Part shown: in pieces, positions 12,609 to 21,953 of the stretch
How positions within the stretch are numbered: position 1 is the first letter of the stretch
Layout: each line of letters opens with the position of its first letter
Source: Actinomycetota bacterium
Lineage (GTDB): Bacteria; Actinomycetota; Acidimicrobiia; Acidimicrobiales; AC-9
DNA length: 55,557 bases
Direction of reading: 5' to 3'
NCBI GenBank assembly: GCA_005888295.1
Contig: VAWP01000110.1
Location: forward strand, 1 to 55,557
Made by a program: the position numbers and the translations under genes
The notes under the pieces: generated by a model
Told to the model about the DNA's origin: nothing
The model's database searches: none
Seen by the model: the letters and a program-made list of their open reading frames with translations, nothing else

Positions 12609-13643
12609 TCAGCGGGCCCCGGCCAGGCGCAGGCCAGGATCGGCCCCGGTGTCGAGGGGGCTGGGGCCGTCGCTGCGCAGCCGCCACCACCCGGCGGCCG
12701 CGACCATGGCCGCGTTGTCGGTGCACATCGACCGGCTGGGGACGAAGGCCCGGAGGCCGTCGGCGGCACAGGCGTCGAGGATCCGCTCCCGGAGGACCGA
12801 GTTGGCCGCCACCCCACCGGCCAGGCACAGCCCCCGGGCGCCGACGGCGGTCGCCGCCCGCCGGGCCTTGGAGACGAGCACGTCCACCACGGCCTCCTGG
12901 AAGGAGGCGGCGACGTCGGCGATCGAAACCTCGGGGTGCTTGCGCACGTGGGTGATCACCGCCGTCTTGAGCCCGCTGAACGAAAAGTCCAGGCCCTCGT
13001 CGGACAGCGCACGTGGGAAGGCGATGGCGTCACCGCGCCCGTCGGACGCCTGCCGGTCGATGGCGGGACCACCCGGGTAGCCCAGGCCGAGGAAGCGCGC
13101 CACCTTGTCGAAGGCCTCCCCGGCGGCGTCGTCGATGGTCTGACCCAGCAGCCGGTAGCGGCCGTGATCCTCCATGGCGACCAGGAGCGTGTGGCCCCCG
13201 GAGACCAGCAGCACGACCAGGGGCAGCTCCAGGTCGGGCTCCTCCAGGAAGGCCCCGTACAGGTGGGCCTCGAGGTGGTTCACGGCCACGAAGGGCACGT
13301 CCCACACCAGCGCCAGCGACTTGGCCGCGCTCACCCCGACGAGGAGCGAGCCGATCAGGCCGGGGCCGACCGTGGCCGCCACGGCGGCCACTCCGGGGGC
13401 ACCGTCACCGTCTGCGCCCCGTGCGTCGAGGCCGGCCTCGACCAGGGCCTCGGCGACCACCGGCGTCAGGAGGTCGACGTGGGCCCGCCCGGCGATCTCC
13501 GGCACGACGCCGCCGTAGCGGGCGTGGATGTCCACCTGGCTGCTGACCACCGACGAGAGCACCCGGTTGCCCTCGACGACCACCGCTGCCGCCGTCTCGT
13601 CGCAGGAGGTCTCGATGCCGAGGATGCGGCCCGGCCCGTTCAT
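12609..13643 (-). CDS. tsaD: tRNA N6-adenosine threonylcarbamoyltransferase TsaD
   Basis: 344 aa from ATG 13643: MNGPGRILGIETSCDETAAAVV..VAVNHLEAHL..LLVSGGHT..GGVAAN. The ORF-track extension to 14393 is readthrough. Confidence 0.92.
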   Translation of the reverse strand: MNGPGRILGIETSCDETAAAVVVEGNRVLSSVVSSQVDIHARYGGVVPEIAGRAHVDLLTPVVAEALVEAGLDARGADGDGAPGVAAVAATVGPGLIGSLLVGVSAAKSLALVWDVPFVAVNHLEAHLYGAFLEEPDLELPLVVLLVSGGHTLLVAMEDHGRYRLLGQTIDDAAGEAFDKVARFLGLGYPGGPAIDRQASDGRGDAIAFPRALSDEGLDFSFSGLKTAVITHVRKHPEVSIADVAASFQEAVVDVLVSKARRAATAVGARGLCLAGGVAANSVLRERILDACAADGLRAFVPSRSMCTDNAAMVAAAGWWRLRSDGPSPLDTGADPGLRLAGAR

Positions 13644-13647
13644 CGGG

Positions 13648-14191
13648 TCACCGGCGCCGGTCGCGGCCCACCGTCGACTCCAGCCGCGCCTCCAGGGCGT
13701 CGAGCCGAGCGGCGTAGTCGTCGGTGTCGATGTCGTCGACCCACATGACCAGGGCGTCCTCGTTGGTCTCGGTGTAGTAGTTCTTGCGGATGCCAGCGGG
13801 CTGGAACCCGAACCGGTAGTAGAGCACCTCGACGCCGGGCCAGCCAGGCCATGTTGAGCATGAGCCGGGTGCCGACCTTGTGCCGCTGCCAGGCGGGGTC
13901 GACGGCGATGGTGGTCACGTGGGCGTCGGCGCCGCTGAACATCAGGCCCGAGTAGCCGACCACCGTGCCCTGGGCCCGGGCGACGTGGTAGGCGCGGGTC
14001 GACCGCAGGGCGAGCTCGCTCATGAACAGGCTGAGCGACCAGGGCCGTGGATAGACCTGGGCCTCGATGCGCAGCACCGAGCGGAGATGCCGGCGGCGCA
14101 TGGCCAGGATCTGCACCTCGGGCACCCCGCCGCGACGTGGCGAGACGAGCGTCCGCGGGGCGTCTTCTTCGGGTACGCGAGCAGCGGCCAC
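13648..14191 (-). pseudogene. rimI: Ribosomal-protein-alanine N-acetyltransferase RimI with frame change (possibly a sequence artefact)
   Basis: The N-part, ..ILAMRRRHLRSVLRIEAQVYPRPWSLSLF..AHVTTIAVDPAWQRHKVGTRLMLNMAWLA, is in one frame. The C-part, VEVLYYRFGFQPAGIRKNYYTETNEDALVMWVDD..GRDRRR-stop, is in another. Positioned between tsaB and tsaD. Confidence 0.7.
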
Positions 14192-14193
14192 GG

Positions 14194-14922
14194 TCAGCCT
14201 CGCCCCCCGACAGGGGCCCCGTCGCCTGCGGCCCGGCGCTGGTCCCAGTTGATCTCGGCGTCGGACTTGCGAAGGTAGAGCACCTGCAGATCGCGCGGCT
14301 GGACGAACTCCTCGCGGAGGGCTCGCGGCTGCGACAGCTCGACCAGTGCCGACGCCAGCGGGTAGGCGTAGCCGAGCCCTCCCAGCTCGACACGGCTGTC
14401 GGCCGCCAGCACGTCGGCGTAGCGGACCGCCCCGTCGCCCACGACGAGGCACTCGTCGCCGCTGGCTTCGAGCTCGCAGGCCAGCTCGGCGGGCGGCTGG
14501 AGCCGGTAGTCGGACAGGCGCTGCACCCCGCCCTGGACCTGGCGGTACAGGGCGCTGTAGACCTCGCCCCGGCGAGCGTCGATGACGGCGGCGATGAGCC
14601 GGCGGGTGTGCCGCAGCGGGAAGGCGAGCAGGTCGAGGCTGGACAGCCCGATCATCGGCAGCCGGAGGGCCTGGGCCGTCGCCTTGGCCGCCGCCACGCC
14701 CACCCGCAGGCCGGTGAAGAGGCCGGGCCCGATGTCGACGGCCACGATGCCCACCTCGCCCATGTCCACCTGGGCCTGGCGGCAGACGAAGTCGATGGCG
14801 GGGGCGAGCGTCTCGGCGTGCCGGCGCCCACGGGCCACCCCGAAGGACGCGATCACACCCTCCTGGCCCCCCAGGGCGACCCCGACGTGCTGCGTGGCGG
14901 TCTCGATGCCGAGGATGATCAC
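14194..14922 (-). CDS. tsaB: tRNA threonylcarbamoyladenosine biosynthesis protein TsaB
   Basis: 242 aa: MIILGIETATQHVGVALG..VAVDIGPGLFTGLRVGVAAAKA.. Synteny tsaE-tsaB-rimI-tsaD. Confidence 0.85.
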   Translation of the reverse strand: MIILGIETATQHVGVALGGQEGVIASFGVARGRRHAETLAPAIDFVCRQAQVDMGEVGIVAVDIGPGLFTGLRVGVAAAKATAQALRLPMIGLSSLDLLAFPLRHTRRLIAAVIDARRGEVYSALYRQVQGGVQRLSDYRLQPPAELACELEASGDECLVVGDGAVRYADVLAADSRVELGGLGYAYPLASALVELSQPRALREEFVQPRDLQVLYLRKSDAEINWDQRRAAGDGAPVGGRG

Positions 14923-15384
14923 CGCAGGTCCCCCGGGCTCGCTTCGGGGTCCGGTCCCCGGTCGACCAGCCAGCGGTCGACGGCCACGGCCAGGGAACGG
15001 AGCCGCGCCGACCAGCGACCACCCACCGCTCGCAGCGTGAGCGTCCGATCATCGTCGCCCGCTCCCAGCTCCAGGCACACCTCGAGGAAGTCGGGGGCCA
15101 GAGCGGCGGCGGCGACGTCGCCCCACTCGACCAGCGCCACGGCGCCCTCGTCGAGCAGCTCGGGCAGAGCCAGGTCGACGACCTCCTGCAGATGGTCGAG
15201 GCGGTACACGTCGGCGTGGACCAGGGTGAGCCGCCCCTCGTAGGTCGAAGCCTTGCGCGAACGCGGTCTTGCCGGCACCGAGCTCACCGGCAAGAAGCAC
15301 CACGTCGCCCGGACAGGCGAGCTCGGCGATCGCGGCAGCGACGGAACGCGTCCCTTCGACGGAGTCGGTCCGCAGCGAGTACAT
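14919..15384 (-). pseudogene. tsaE: tRNA t6A ATPase TsaE with frame change (possibly a sequence artefact)
   Basis: N-part [46 protein letters not shown] and C-part TYEGRLTLVHADVYRLD..VALVEWGD are in different frames. The 466-nt span is not a multiple of 3. The expected ..VTSPTF.. block is absent. Confidence 0.75.
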
Positions 15385-15956
15385 CACGCGGGGACGCCCG
15401 CCGCCGCCAGCGCCCGCTTGGCCCGCACGAGGTCGGCGCGCATCTCGGCCAGGACCTCGCCGCCCCCGCCCCGCAACGCGGCAGCCGGATGGTAGGTGGG
15501 CACGAGGCTCCGCTCGCCGAAGCGGTACGTCCGTCCCCGCAGTCGACGGATGCCTTCGGACGTGTCGAGCAGCAGGCGGCTGGCGAAGTTGCCCAGGGTC
15601 ACCAGGACGTCGGGTCCCACCATGCCGATCTGGGCCTCGAGGTACGGACGGCACGACGCGATCTCCTCCGGCCGGGGATCGCGATTGCCCGGCGGCCGGC
15701 ACTTGACGACGTTGGCGATGTAGACCTGCCGTCGCTCCAGGCCGACCTCCTGGCGCAGCAGGCGGTCGAGGAGCTGGCCCGACCGCCCCACGAACGGCTC
15801 TCCTGCGAGGTCCTCGTCCCGGCCTGGCCCCTCGCCGACGAGCATGAGCGAGGCGTTGGGATCACCCACGCCGAAGACCACGTTCGTGCGGCCTGCCGAC
15901 AGCGGGCAGCGGACGCAGACGTGTGCTTCCCGCTCGAGCTCGACGAGCGTCGCCAC
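15384..15956 (-). CDS. Family 4 uracil-DNA glycosylase
   Basis: 190 aa: C.RCPL.., [48 protein letters not shown]. Confidence 0.85.
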   Translation of the reverse strand: MATLVELEREAHVCVRCPLSAGRTNVVFGVGDPNASLMLVGEGPGRDEDLAGEPFVGRSGQLLDRLLRQEVGLERRQVYIANVVKCRPPGNRDPRPEEIASCRPYLEAQIGMVGPDVLVTLGNFASRLLLDTSEGIRRLRGRTYRFGERSLVPTYHPAAALRGGGGEVLAEMRADLVRAKRALAAAGVPA

Positions 15957-16007
15957 ACCAGCATGGTAATCGCAGGGGTGGCCGAAAGCGCTGGGCAGCT
16001 CGACCGG

Positions 16008-16904
16008 TCACGACCCGGTGGCCGGCGGCCCAGCCGTCGAGCGCACGGCCTCGGCGACCGCCCGCGCCGCGAGGAAGCGCACGAGATCGACCGGCGCCTC
16101 CACCTCCCCCAGGGCGGCGGCCACGATGGCGTCGCCGTCCACGGTCGTGTGGGCCGGCTCGATGGCGCGGGCCAGGCCGTCGTGCCCCGACTGGGCCACG
16201 AGGAAGCAACCCGCCTTGGTCAGGGCGGCGTTGGTCACCACCATCCCGATGGTGGTGCTCTCCAAGGCTCCGAACGTCGCCCCGGCTTCGGGCCAGCGGG
16301 CGTCCGGTCCGGGCGCCGGGCGCGGGCGCCCGCCGGCGCCGGACGCCTCGACCACGTCACCGAAGGCATTGACGGCCATGAGCGCCGAGACGATCAACCC
16401 GTCCTGCCGCTCGCTGGCCGTGCCGATCCCCGCCGGCTGGGCGGCGTCAGCGCCCCTCCACTTGCCGACCGTCGCACCGGTGCCTGCTCCCACCGTCCCG
16501 ATCGCCACGGCACCGCCCGTCGCGGCGTCGGCCGCGGCGTAGCCGGCCTCGGGGCCCGGCCGGACGGACGGATCACCGACACCGAGATCGAAGAGGACCG
16601 CGCCCACCACGATGGGCACGCAGCCGGCGGGCGTCTCCAGGCCGATGCCCCGCTCCTCACACCACCTCGCCACGCCGTCGCAGGCGGCAAGGCCGAAGGC
16701 CGACCCACCGCTCAGCACCACGGCGTCGACGTGGGGCGCCATCCGCTCCGGGGCCAGCAGATCCCATTCCCTGGTTCCGGGCGCACCGCCGCGGACCTCT
16801 CCCGAGGCCACCGTCCGGCGGGGAAGGAGGACGACGGTGCAGCCCGTTCGGGCCGCCGGATCGGTCCAGTGGCCGACCCGCACACCGGGCAGCTCGGTGA
16901 TCAC
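16008..16904 (-). CDS. P1/S58 (DmpA-like) family peptidase
   Basis: 298 aa: GVRVGHWTD..TGCTVVL, VRGGAPGTRE, LSGGSAFGL, TTIGMVVTNA, HDGLARAIEPAHTTVDGD. Confidence 0.7.
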   Translation of the reverse strand: MITELPGVRVGHWTDPAARTGCTVVLLPRRTVASGEVRGGAPGTREWDLLAPERMAPHVDAVVLSGGSAFGLAACDGVARWCEERGIGLETPAGCVPIVVGAVLFDLGVGDPSVRPGPEAGYAAADAATGGAVAIGTVGAGTGATVGKWRGADAAQPAGIGTASERQDGLIVSALMAVNAFGDVVEASGAGGRPRPAPGPDARWPEAGATFGALESTTIGMVVTNAALTKAGCFLVAQSGHDGLARAIEPAHTTVDGDAIVAAALGEVEAPVDLVRFLAARAVAEAVRSTAGPPATGS

Positions 16905-16908
16905 GGCC

Positions 16909-17904
16909 TCATGCGCTCGTGGCCTCCCGCCGCAGGGTCGGGCCAGCGAACCGCTCGAGGGCGGCGGCGAGCTCGCCCGGTCGCTCCAGCATGACCATGT
17001 GCCCGCACCCCGGCAGGACGAGCAGCTCGGCGCTGGGCAGCGCGGCGGCCAGCCCCCGGGCGTGCCAGGGCGGGGTCAGCCGGTCCTTCGAGCCGACGAC
17101 GACCAGGGCCGGCAGGTCGGCGGCGCCGAGGCGGCCGGACAGGTCCACCGTCATCACGTCGCCCAGGAGCTCGGCCACGACCGCCACCGAGGTGTCGTCG
17201 ATGATGGATCTGGTCAGCTCGACGTCGGCCGGCCGCGGGGCGGCTCCGAACGAGCGCCGGGCGATCAGGTAGGCCAGATCACCGGGCGGCAGCAGCCCCC
17301 GCCCGACCCCGTCCAACCGGTGCAGCCGCAGGGCGACGAGGCGGGCCAGCGTCCGGGCCAGGAGCTCCCAGTACGGCAGCTTCGAGAGCGGGCCGCCCGA
17401 GGTGGCCACCAGGCCCAGCCCGACCACCCGCTCGGCGAGGGCATCCGGGCGATCGGCCAGCAGGCGCAGCACGACCATGCCCCCCATCGAGTGGCCGACC
17501 AGGACGGCGTCGTGGACGTCCAGGGCCTCGAGGACGGCGAGGAGATCGGTCCCCAGGCGGGCGAGGTCCGCCGGCTCCCGTCCCGGCCGGGAGCGGCCGT
17601 GGCCGCGCTGGTCGATGGCGATCACCCGATGCGTCGCCGCCAGGTCGCGCAACTGGTTGCCCCAGATGGCGGCAGCCAGGGTGATCCCGTGCAACAGCAC
17701 GATCGTCGGTCCCTCGCCCCGCTCGACGACGTGGATGGCGGCACCGTCGTCGGTCTCGATCGTCCGCTCGGTCACCGGGGGGACGAAATCGCCCTCGCCT
17801 CCCGGCTCGATCCGCGCCCGCTCTCGTCGGACGAGCTGGCGCTGGACGACGGACCCGACACCGACGGCGGCGCCGACCCCCAGGGCGACCCACCGCGCCT
17901 TCAT
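16909..17904 (-). CDS. Alpha/beta-fold hydrolase with N-terminal hydrophobic segment
   Basis: 331 aa from ATG 17904: MKARWVALGVGAAVGVGSVV.., LLHG, nucleophile elbow GHSMGG, C-terminal GCGHM. The ORF-track N-terminus to 18669 is readthrough. Confidence 0.7.
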   Translation of the reverse strand: MKARWVALGVGAAVGVGSVVQRQLVRRERARIEPGGEGDFVPPVTERTIETDDGAAIHVVERGEGPTIVLLHGITLAAAIWGNQLRDLAATHRVIAIDQRGHGRSRPGREPADLARLGTDLLAVLEALDVHDAVLVGHSMGGMVVLRLLADRPDALAERVVGLGLVATSGGPLSKLPYWELLARTLARLVALRLHRLDGVGRGLLPPGDLAYLIARRSFGAAPRPADVELTRSIIDDTSVAVVAELLGDVMTVDLSGRLGAADLPALVVVGSKDRLTPPWHARGLAAALPSAELLVLPGCGHMVMLERPGELAAALERFAGPTLRREATSA

Positions 17905-19274
17905 CGGGCCATCACCCCGGACAGCCAGCGCGGTAGGAGCCCGACCAGGTCCCCGGCGAGCAGACCCTCGGGCAACCCGAGCCCTGCGGCTCGACCGTGG
18001 GCGTGGGCGCCGAGGGCGGCTGCCTCCATGGGGTGCAAGCCACGCGCCAGGAAGGCACCGATGACCCCGGAGAGGACGTCGCCCGTCCCGGCGGTCGCCA
18101 GTCGCTGCGAGCCCGAGCTCGACAGGAGCGACCGGCCGTCGGGCGCGGCCACGACGGTCGTCGAGCCCTTGAGGAGGACGACGGCGCCGGACCGCCGGGC
18201 CAGGTCGCGGGCCGACGCCAGCCGGTCGGGGCCGGGAGCGGAGCCCGCCAGGCGGGCGAACTCGCCGTCGTGCGGGGTGAGGACCACCGGCGTCGACCGG
18301 CGGGCGGTGAGCTGGGCGACCTCCCGTGCCTCGCCGAGGACGTTGAGACCGTCGGCGTCGACGAGGACGGGCACCGGGCACTCTGCGACCAGCCGGCGCA
18401 CGACGGCCGCAGCGGCGTCCGAGCGTCCGAGGCCCGGCCCCAGGACGAGGGCGCGGCAGCGTCCGACGACACCGAGCACATCGATGTCCCACCGCTCCGC
18501 AGGCAGCCCGTGGGCGACGACCTCGCTGCTGGGGAGGTCGCGGGGGCCGGCTCCGGGCACGCCCAGCTGCACCATCCCCGCCCCCGCCCGCATCGCTGCC
18601 AACGAGCAGAAGGTGGCCGATCCCATCATCCCGGGCGAACCGGCGGCCACGTAGACCGCGGTCTCCCACTTGTGGGTGTCCCGAGGGCGCCTGGGCAGCA
18701 GGTCGGTGACGTCGGCATCCTCCACCAGATGGGCGCCGGCGCCGCTGACGTCGAGCCCGATGTCGACGACCTCGACCGATCCGGAGCGAAGGGGCCCCTC
18801 AGCGAACAGCAGTCCGGGCTTGAGGGCGGCGAAGGTCACGGTGACATCGGCGCGCACCGCCCCGGTGGCCGCTTCGCCGGTGTCGCCGTTGACGCCCGAC
18901 GGAATGTCGATCGCCACGACGCGGGCGTGCTCCGGGACCTCCGGCTCCCGGTACTCGCCTCGAAAGCCCGTGCCATAGGCGGCATCCACGACGATGTCGC
19001 AGGCCGGCAGCCGCTCGTCGGCTGCCGCCGCGTCGACGACGCTGACTCCGACGCCGCGACGCCGGAGCCGGGACGCCGCCACCCTGCCGTCGTCGCCGTT
19101 GTGGCCCTTGCCGGCCACCACCACGACCCGACGCCCGTAGGCGCCGCCCAACTGGCGGAGCACGGACCGGGCCACCGCCGCTCCTGCCCGGGCGACGAGC
19201 GCGTCCAGGCTCACGTGCTGCTGGGCCTCGGCGTCGACGACCTTCATCTCCTCGACGGTGACGACGGGCCTCAT
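17901..19274 (-). CDS. nnr: Bifunctional NAD(P)H-hydrate repair enzyme (epimerase/dehydratase)
   Basis: 457 aa from ATG 19274: a YjeF_N part (VVVAGKGHNGDDG, VDAAYGTGF) plus a carbohydrate-kinase part (HKW, LVDADGLN, GTGDVLSG). Confidence 0.85.
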   Translation of the reverse strand: MRPVVTVEEMKVVDAEAQQHVSLDALVARAGAAVARSVLRQLGGAYGRRVVVVAGKGHNGDDGRVAASRLRRRGVGVSVVDAAAADERLPACDIVVDAAYGTGFRGEYREPEVPEHARVVAIDIPSGVNGDTGEAATGAVRADVTVTFAALKPGLLFAEGPLRSGSVEVVDIGLDVSGAGAHLVEDADVTDLLPRRPRDTHKWETAVYVAAGSPGMMGSATFCSLAAMRAGAGMVQLGVPGAGPRDLPSSEVVAHGLPAERWDIDVLGVVGRCRALVLGPGLGRSDAAAAVVRRLVAECPVPVLVDADGLNVLGEAREVAQLTARRSTPVVLTPHDGEFARLAGSAPGPDRLASARDLARRSGAVVLLKGSTTVVAAPDGRSLLSSSGSQRLATAGTGDVLSGVIGAFLARGLHPMEAAALGAHAHGRAAGLGLPEGLLAGDLVGLLPRWLSGVMAR

Positions 19275-19666
19275 CGTCTGCCCCCGAGAGCCAGCACGAC
19301 GGCCTCGGCCATCAGGTCGGTGTGGGTGATCGACACCCGCCAGTCCGTCACGTCCAGTCGCCCCGCCAGCTCCGACGCCCGGCCGCCGACGGAGAGACCC
19401 GGCGCCCCCCCGGGTTGGCGCACGACCTCGACGTCGTGGAAGCGGAAGGCACCGAGTCCCACGCCGAGGGACTTCATGGTCGCTTCCTTGACCGCGAAGC
19501 GCGCCGCCAACCTCGGGGCCGGGTCGGCGAAACGGGCCGCGTAGGCGAGCTCGCCGCCGGTGAACAGGCGCTCCCGTAGACCGGGCCGACGGGCGAGCAC
19601 CCGACGGAACCTCGGCACCTCGACGGCGTCGATGCCGATCCCCACACCATCGATCGCCGCCGTCAC
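19271..19666 (-). CDS. acpS: Holo-[acyl-carrier-protein] synthase
   Basis: 131 aa: GIGIDAVEVPRF.., FAVKEATMKSLG, SITHT. ATGA overlaps on both sides. Confidence 0.85.
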   Translation of the reverse strand: MTAAIDGVGIGIDAVEVPRFRRVLARRPGLRERLFTGGELAYAARFADPAPRLAARFAVKEATMKSLGVGLGAFRFHDVEVVRQPGGAPGLSVGGRASELAGRLDVTDWRVSITHTDLMAEAVVLALGGRR

Positions 19667-21513
19667 TCGACGGTGACGGTCTTGGCCAGGTTGCGTGGAC
19701 GGTCGACGTCGTTGCCCCGCGCGATGGCCAGGGCGTAGGCGAACAGCTGGAGGGGCACCACGTCGACCACCGGCTGGAACAGCTCGTGACCCGCGTCCGG
19801 AACCGACAGCACGTGGTCCGAGAGCGCTCGCACGTGGGCGTCGTCGGCGTCCTCGTCGTCGACCAGTGCGACGACGACCGCGCCTCGGGCCTTGACCTCC
19901 TGCATGTTGGCCAGCAGCTTGTCCCGCAGCCGGCTGCGGGTGGCGATCGCCACCACCACCACGCCGGGTTCGATGAGAGCGATCGGGCCGTGCTTGAGCT
20001 CACCGGCCGGATAGCCCTCGGCCCGGAGGTAGCTGATCTCCTTGAGCTTGAGCGCACCCTCCAAGGCCATGGCGTTGCCGACGCCCCGCCCGATGAAGAA
20101 GAAGTCGCGGGCCCCTTCGACCCGCCGGGCCACCTCGGTCACGGCCGGGGCGGTGTCGATGGCAGCTTGGACGCGGTCGGGGAGGCGCTGCAGGCACGCC
20201 AGCTGGTGGGCCACCTCCTCGGGGTAGTACTTGCCGCGCACCTGGGCCAGGTACAGGGCCAGGACGTGCATGGCCACCAGCTGGGCGACGTGGCACTTGG
20301 TCGACGCCACCGCGACCTCCGGCCCCGCCCGGGTGTAGAGCGTGGCGTCGGCGTCCCGACCGAGCGAGGAGTCGACCACGATGGTGACCGCCAGCACCCG
20401 GGCCTTGCTCATGGCCTTGGTGTGGGCCACCGCTTCCATCGTGTCCAGCGTCTCGCCCGACTGGCTGATGGCCACGACGAGGCTGGAGGAATCGAGCACG
20501 GGGTCGCGGTAGCGGAACTCGCTGGCGATCTCGAGCTCGGTGGGCAGCTGGGCGAAGTGCTCGATGGACAGCCGGCCCACCATCCCGGCGTGGTAGCTCG
20601 AGCCGGTCGCAACGACGAAGACCTTGTCGACCTGACGCACGTCGTCGTCCGACAGCCGCATCTGGTCGAGCACCAGCCGCCCGGCCACGATGCGGCCCAG
20701 CAGCGTGTCGCGCACGGCGGCCGGCTGCTCGTGGATCTCCTTGAGCATGAAGTCCGGGTATCCACCCTTCTCGGCCGCCTCGAGGTCCCAGCCGACCTCC
20801 CGCCCGACCAGCTCCACCTCGCGGCCCGACAGGTCGGTGATGCGGACGCTGCCGGGTCGCACCTCCACGACCCTGTCGTTGTCGATCACGAAGAACTGGT
20901 CGGCCCGGCCGTGGATGGCGGGGATGTCGGAGGCGAGCAGCCCGGTGCCGTCGGCCTGGCCGGCGATGAGCGGCGAGCCCCGGCGGGCACCGACGATGAG
21001 CCCGGGCTCGTCGGCGTGGACGACGGCGAGGGCGAACTTGCCCTGGACCTCGGCCAGGGCGGCCCGCACGGCGTCGGCCAGGCCCAGCCCGTGGTGCATG
21101 CGGGCGGCGACCAGGTGGGCCAGCACCTCGGTGTCGGTGTCGCTGGTGACCTCGTCGCCGCCCTGGGGCAGGGTCCGGGCCAGCTCCCGGTAGTTCTCGA
21201 TGATCCCGTTGTGGGCGAGAGCCAGACGACCGGTGGCGTCGGTGTGGGGGTGGGCGTTGGGCTCGGTCGGGGCGCCATGGGTCGCCCACCGCGAGTGGCC
21301 GATGCCCGTCGTCGCGGGCGGAGCGTCGCCCACCGCCTCGGTCAGCTCGGCCACGCTCTTGTTGCCGCCCGCCCGTCGGCGTCGCCACACACCGTCGTCG
21401 GCCAGGAGGGCGACACCGGCCGAGTCGTAGCCCCGGTACTCGAGGCGGGCCAGCCCCTCGAGGAGGACAGGGAGGACAGGCTCCGAGCCGGTGGCGCCGA
21501 TGATCCCGCACAT
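19663..21513 (-). CDS. glmS: Glutamine--fructose-6-phosphate aminotransferase
   Basis: 616 aa starting MCGIIGATG (Cys nucleophile after the initiator Met) and ending ..RPRNLAKTVTVE. The upstream Met at 21540 was rejected. Confidence 0.93.
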   Translation of the reverse strand: MCGIIGATGSEPVLPVLLEGLARLEYRGYDSAGVALLADDGVWRRRRAGGNKSVAELTEAVGDAPPATTGIGHSRWATHGAPTEPNAHPHTDATGRLALAHNGIIENYRELARTLPQGGDEVTSDTDTEVLAHLVAARMHHGLGLADAVRAALAEVQGKFALAVVHADEPGLIVGARRGSPLIAGQADGTGLLASDIPAIHGRADQFFVIDNDRVVEVRPGSVRITDLSGREVELVGREVGWDLEAAEKGGYPDFMLKEIHEQPAAVRDTLLGRIVAGRLVLDQMRLSDDDVRQVDKVFVVATGSSYHAGMVGRLSIEHFAQLPTELEIASEFRYRDPVLDSSSLVVAISQSGETLDTMEAVAHTKAMSKARVLAVTIVVDSSLGRDADATLYTRAGPEVAVASTKCHVAQLVAMHVLALYLAQVRGKYYPEEVAHQLACLQRLPDRVQAAIDTAPAVTEVARRVEGARDFFFIGRGVGNAMALEGALKLKEISYLRAEGYPAGELKHGPIALIEPGVVVVAIATRSRLRDKLLANMQEVKARGAVVVALVDDEDADDAHVRALSDHVLSVPDAGHELFQPVVDVVPLQLFAYALAIARGNDVDRPRNLAKTVTVE

Positions 21514-21600
21514 GGCCCCAAGGCTACGGCGTCCCGTCACCCGTCGTGGGCAGCGGAGGCGACTCGCCGGCGGCGCCCTCGCCTACTGCTTCTGTTCCGC

Positions 21601-21701
21601 ATTGCGTCGAAAGCGGCGACGCCAGGCTCGGTGAGGGAGCGGCACCCGTCGCTGGCCGCCAGTTCTTACGAAATGGCGGCCGGCCGAGATGTCGCTCCCT
21701 C
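21601..21701. repeat. Palindromic repeat family 1, copy A (inverted relative to copies B-E)
   Basis: The reverse complement reads GAGGGAGCGACATCTCGGCCGGCCGCCATTTCGTAAGAACTGGCGGCCAGCGACGGGTGCCGCTCCCTC plus the tail ACCGAGCCTGGCGTCGCCGCTTTCGAC. It has the same terminal arms, GAGGGAGCG/CGCTCCCTC, and the same TTTCGT.AGAAC loop as the other copies. Confidence 0.8.
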
Positions 21702-21736
21702 TGGCCCCGTACGGGGTGAGGCCGGAGACTTGCTCG

Positions 21737-21806
21737 GTTCCACATCTTGTCGAAAGGGGGCGCCGCGCCTGCAGCCGCCTCGCCCACTTTCGACCAGATG
21801 TGGAAC
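21737..21806. repeat. Long hairpin with 20-nt arms
   Basis: GTTCCACATCTTGTCGAAAG ..30 nt.. CTTTCGACCAGATGTGGAAC, with one mismatch, in the glmM-glmS spacer. Confidence 0.75.
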
Positions 21807-21875
21807 AGGGGTAGTTCCCCACGCGGCCCGGCCGGGGGCGAAAGTCCCGGCACGAAACGGCCAATGCCACAAGCT

Positions 21876-21935
21876 GATCCGGTCGGCGTGTCGGCCCGGA
21901 TTTCGACGAACCGGGCCGAGACGCCGGGCCGGATC
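21876..21935. repeat. Palindromic repeat family 2, copy 1 (candidate glmM terminator)
   Basis: GATCCGGTCGGCGTGTCGGCCCGG-ATTTCGACGAA-CCGGGCCGAGACGCCGGGCCGGATC, 19 nt after the glmM stop. Closely matches the reverse complement of 42356..42415. Confidence 0.75.
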
Positions 21936-21953
21936 GCCTGCGTGCCCCCCGCC

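Noticed and set aside
21514-21640. Possible glmS ribozyme in the glmS 5' leader.
   Set aside because: I could not find the conserved core sequence elements of the glmS ribozyme by eye. The region is instead occupied by the repeat-family hairpins. It needs an Infernal/Rfam search before any claim.
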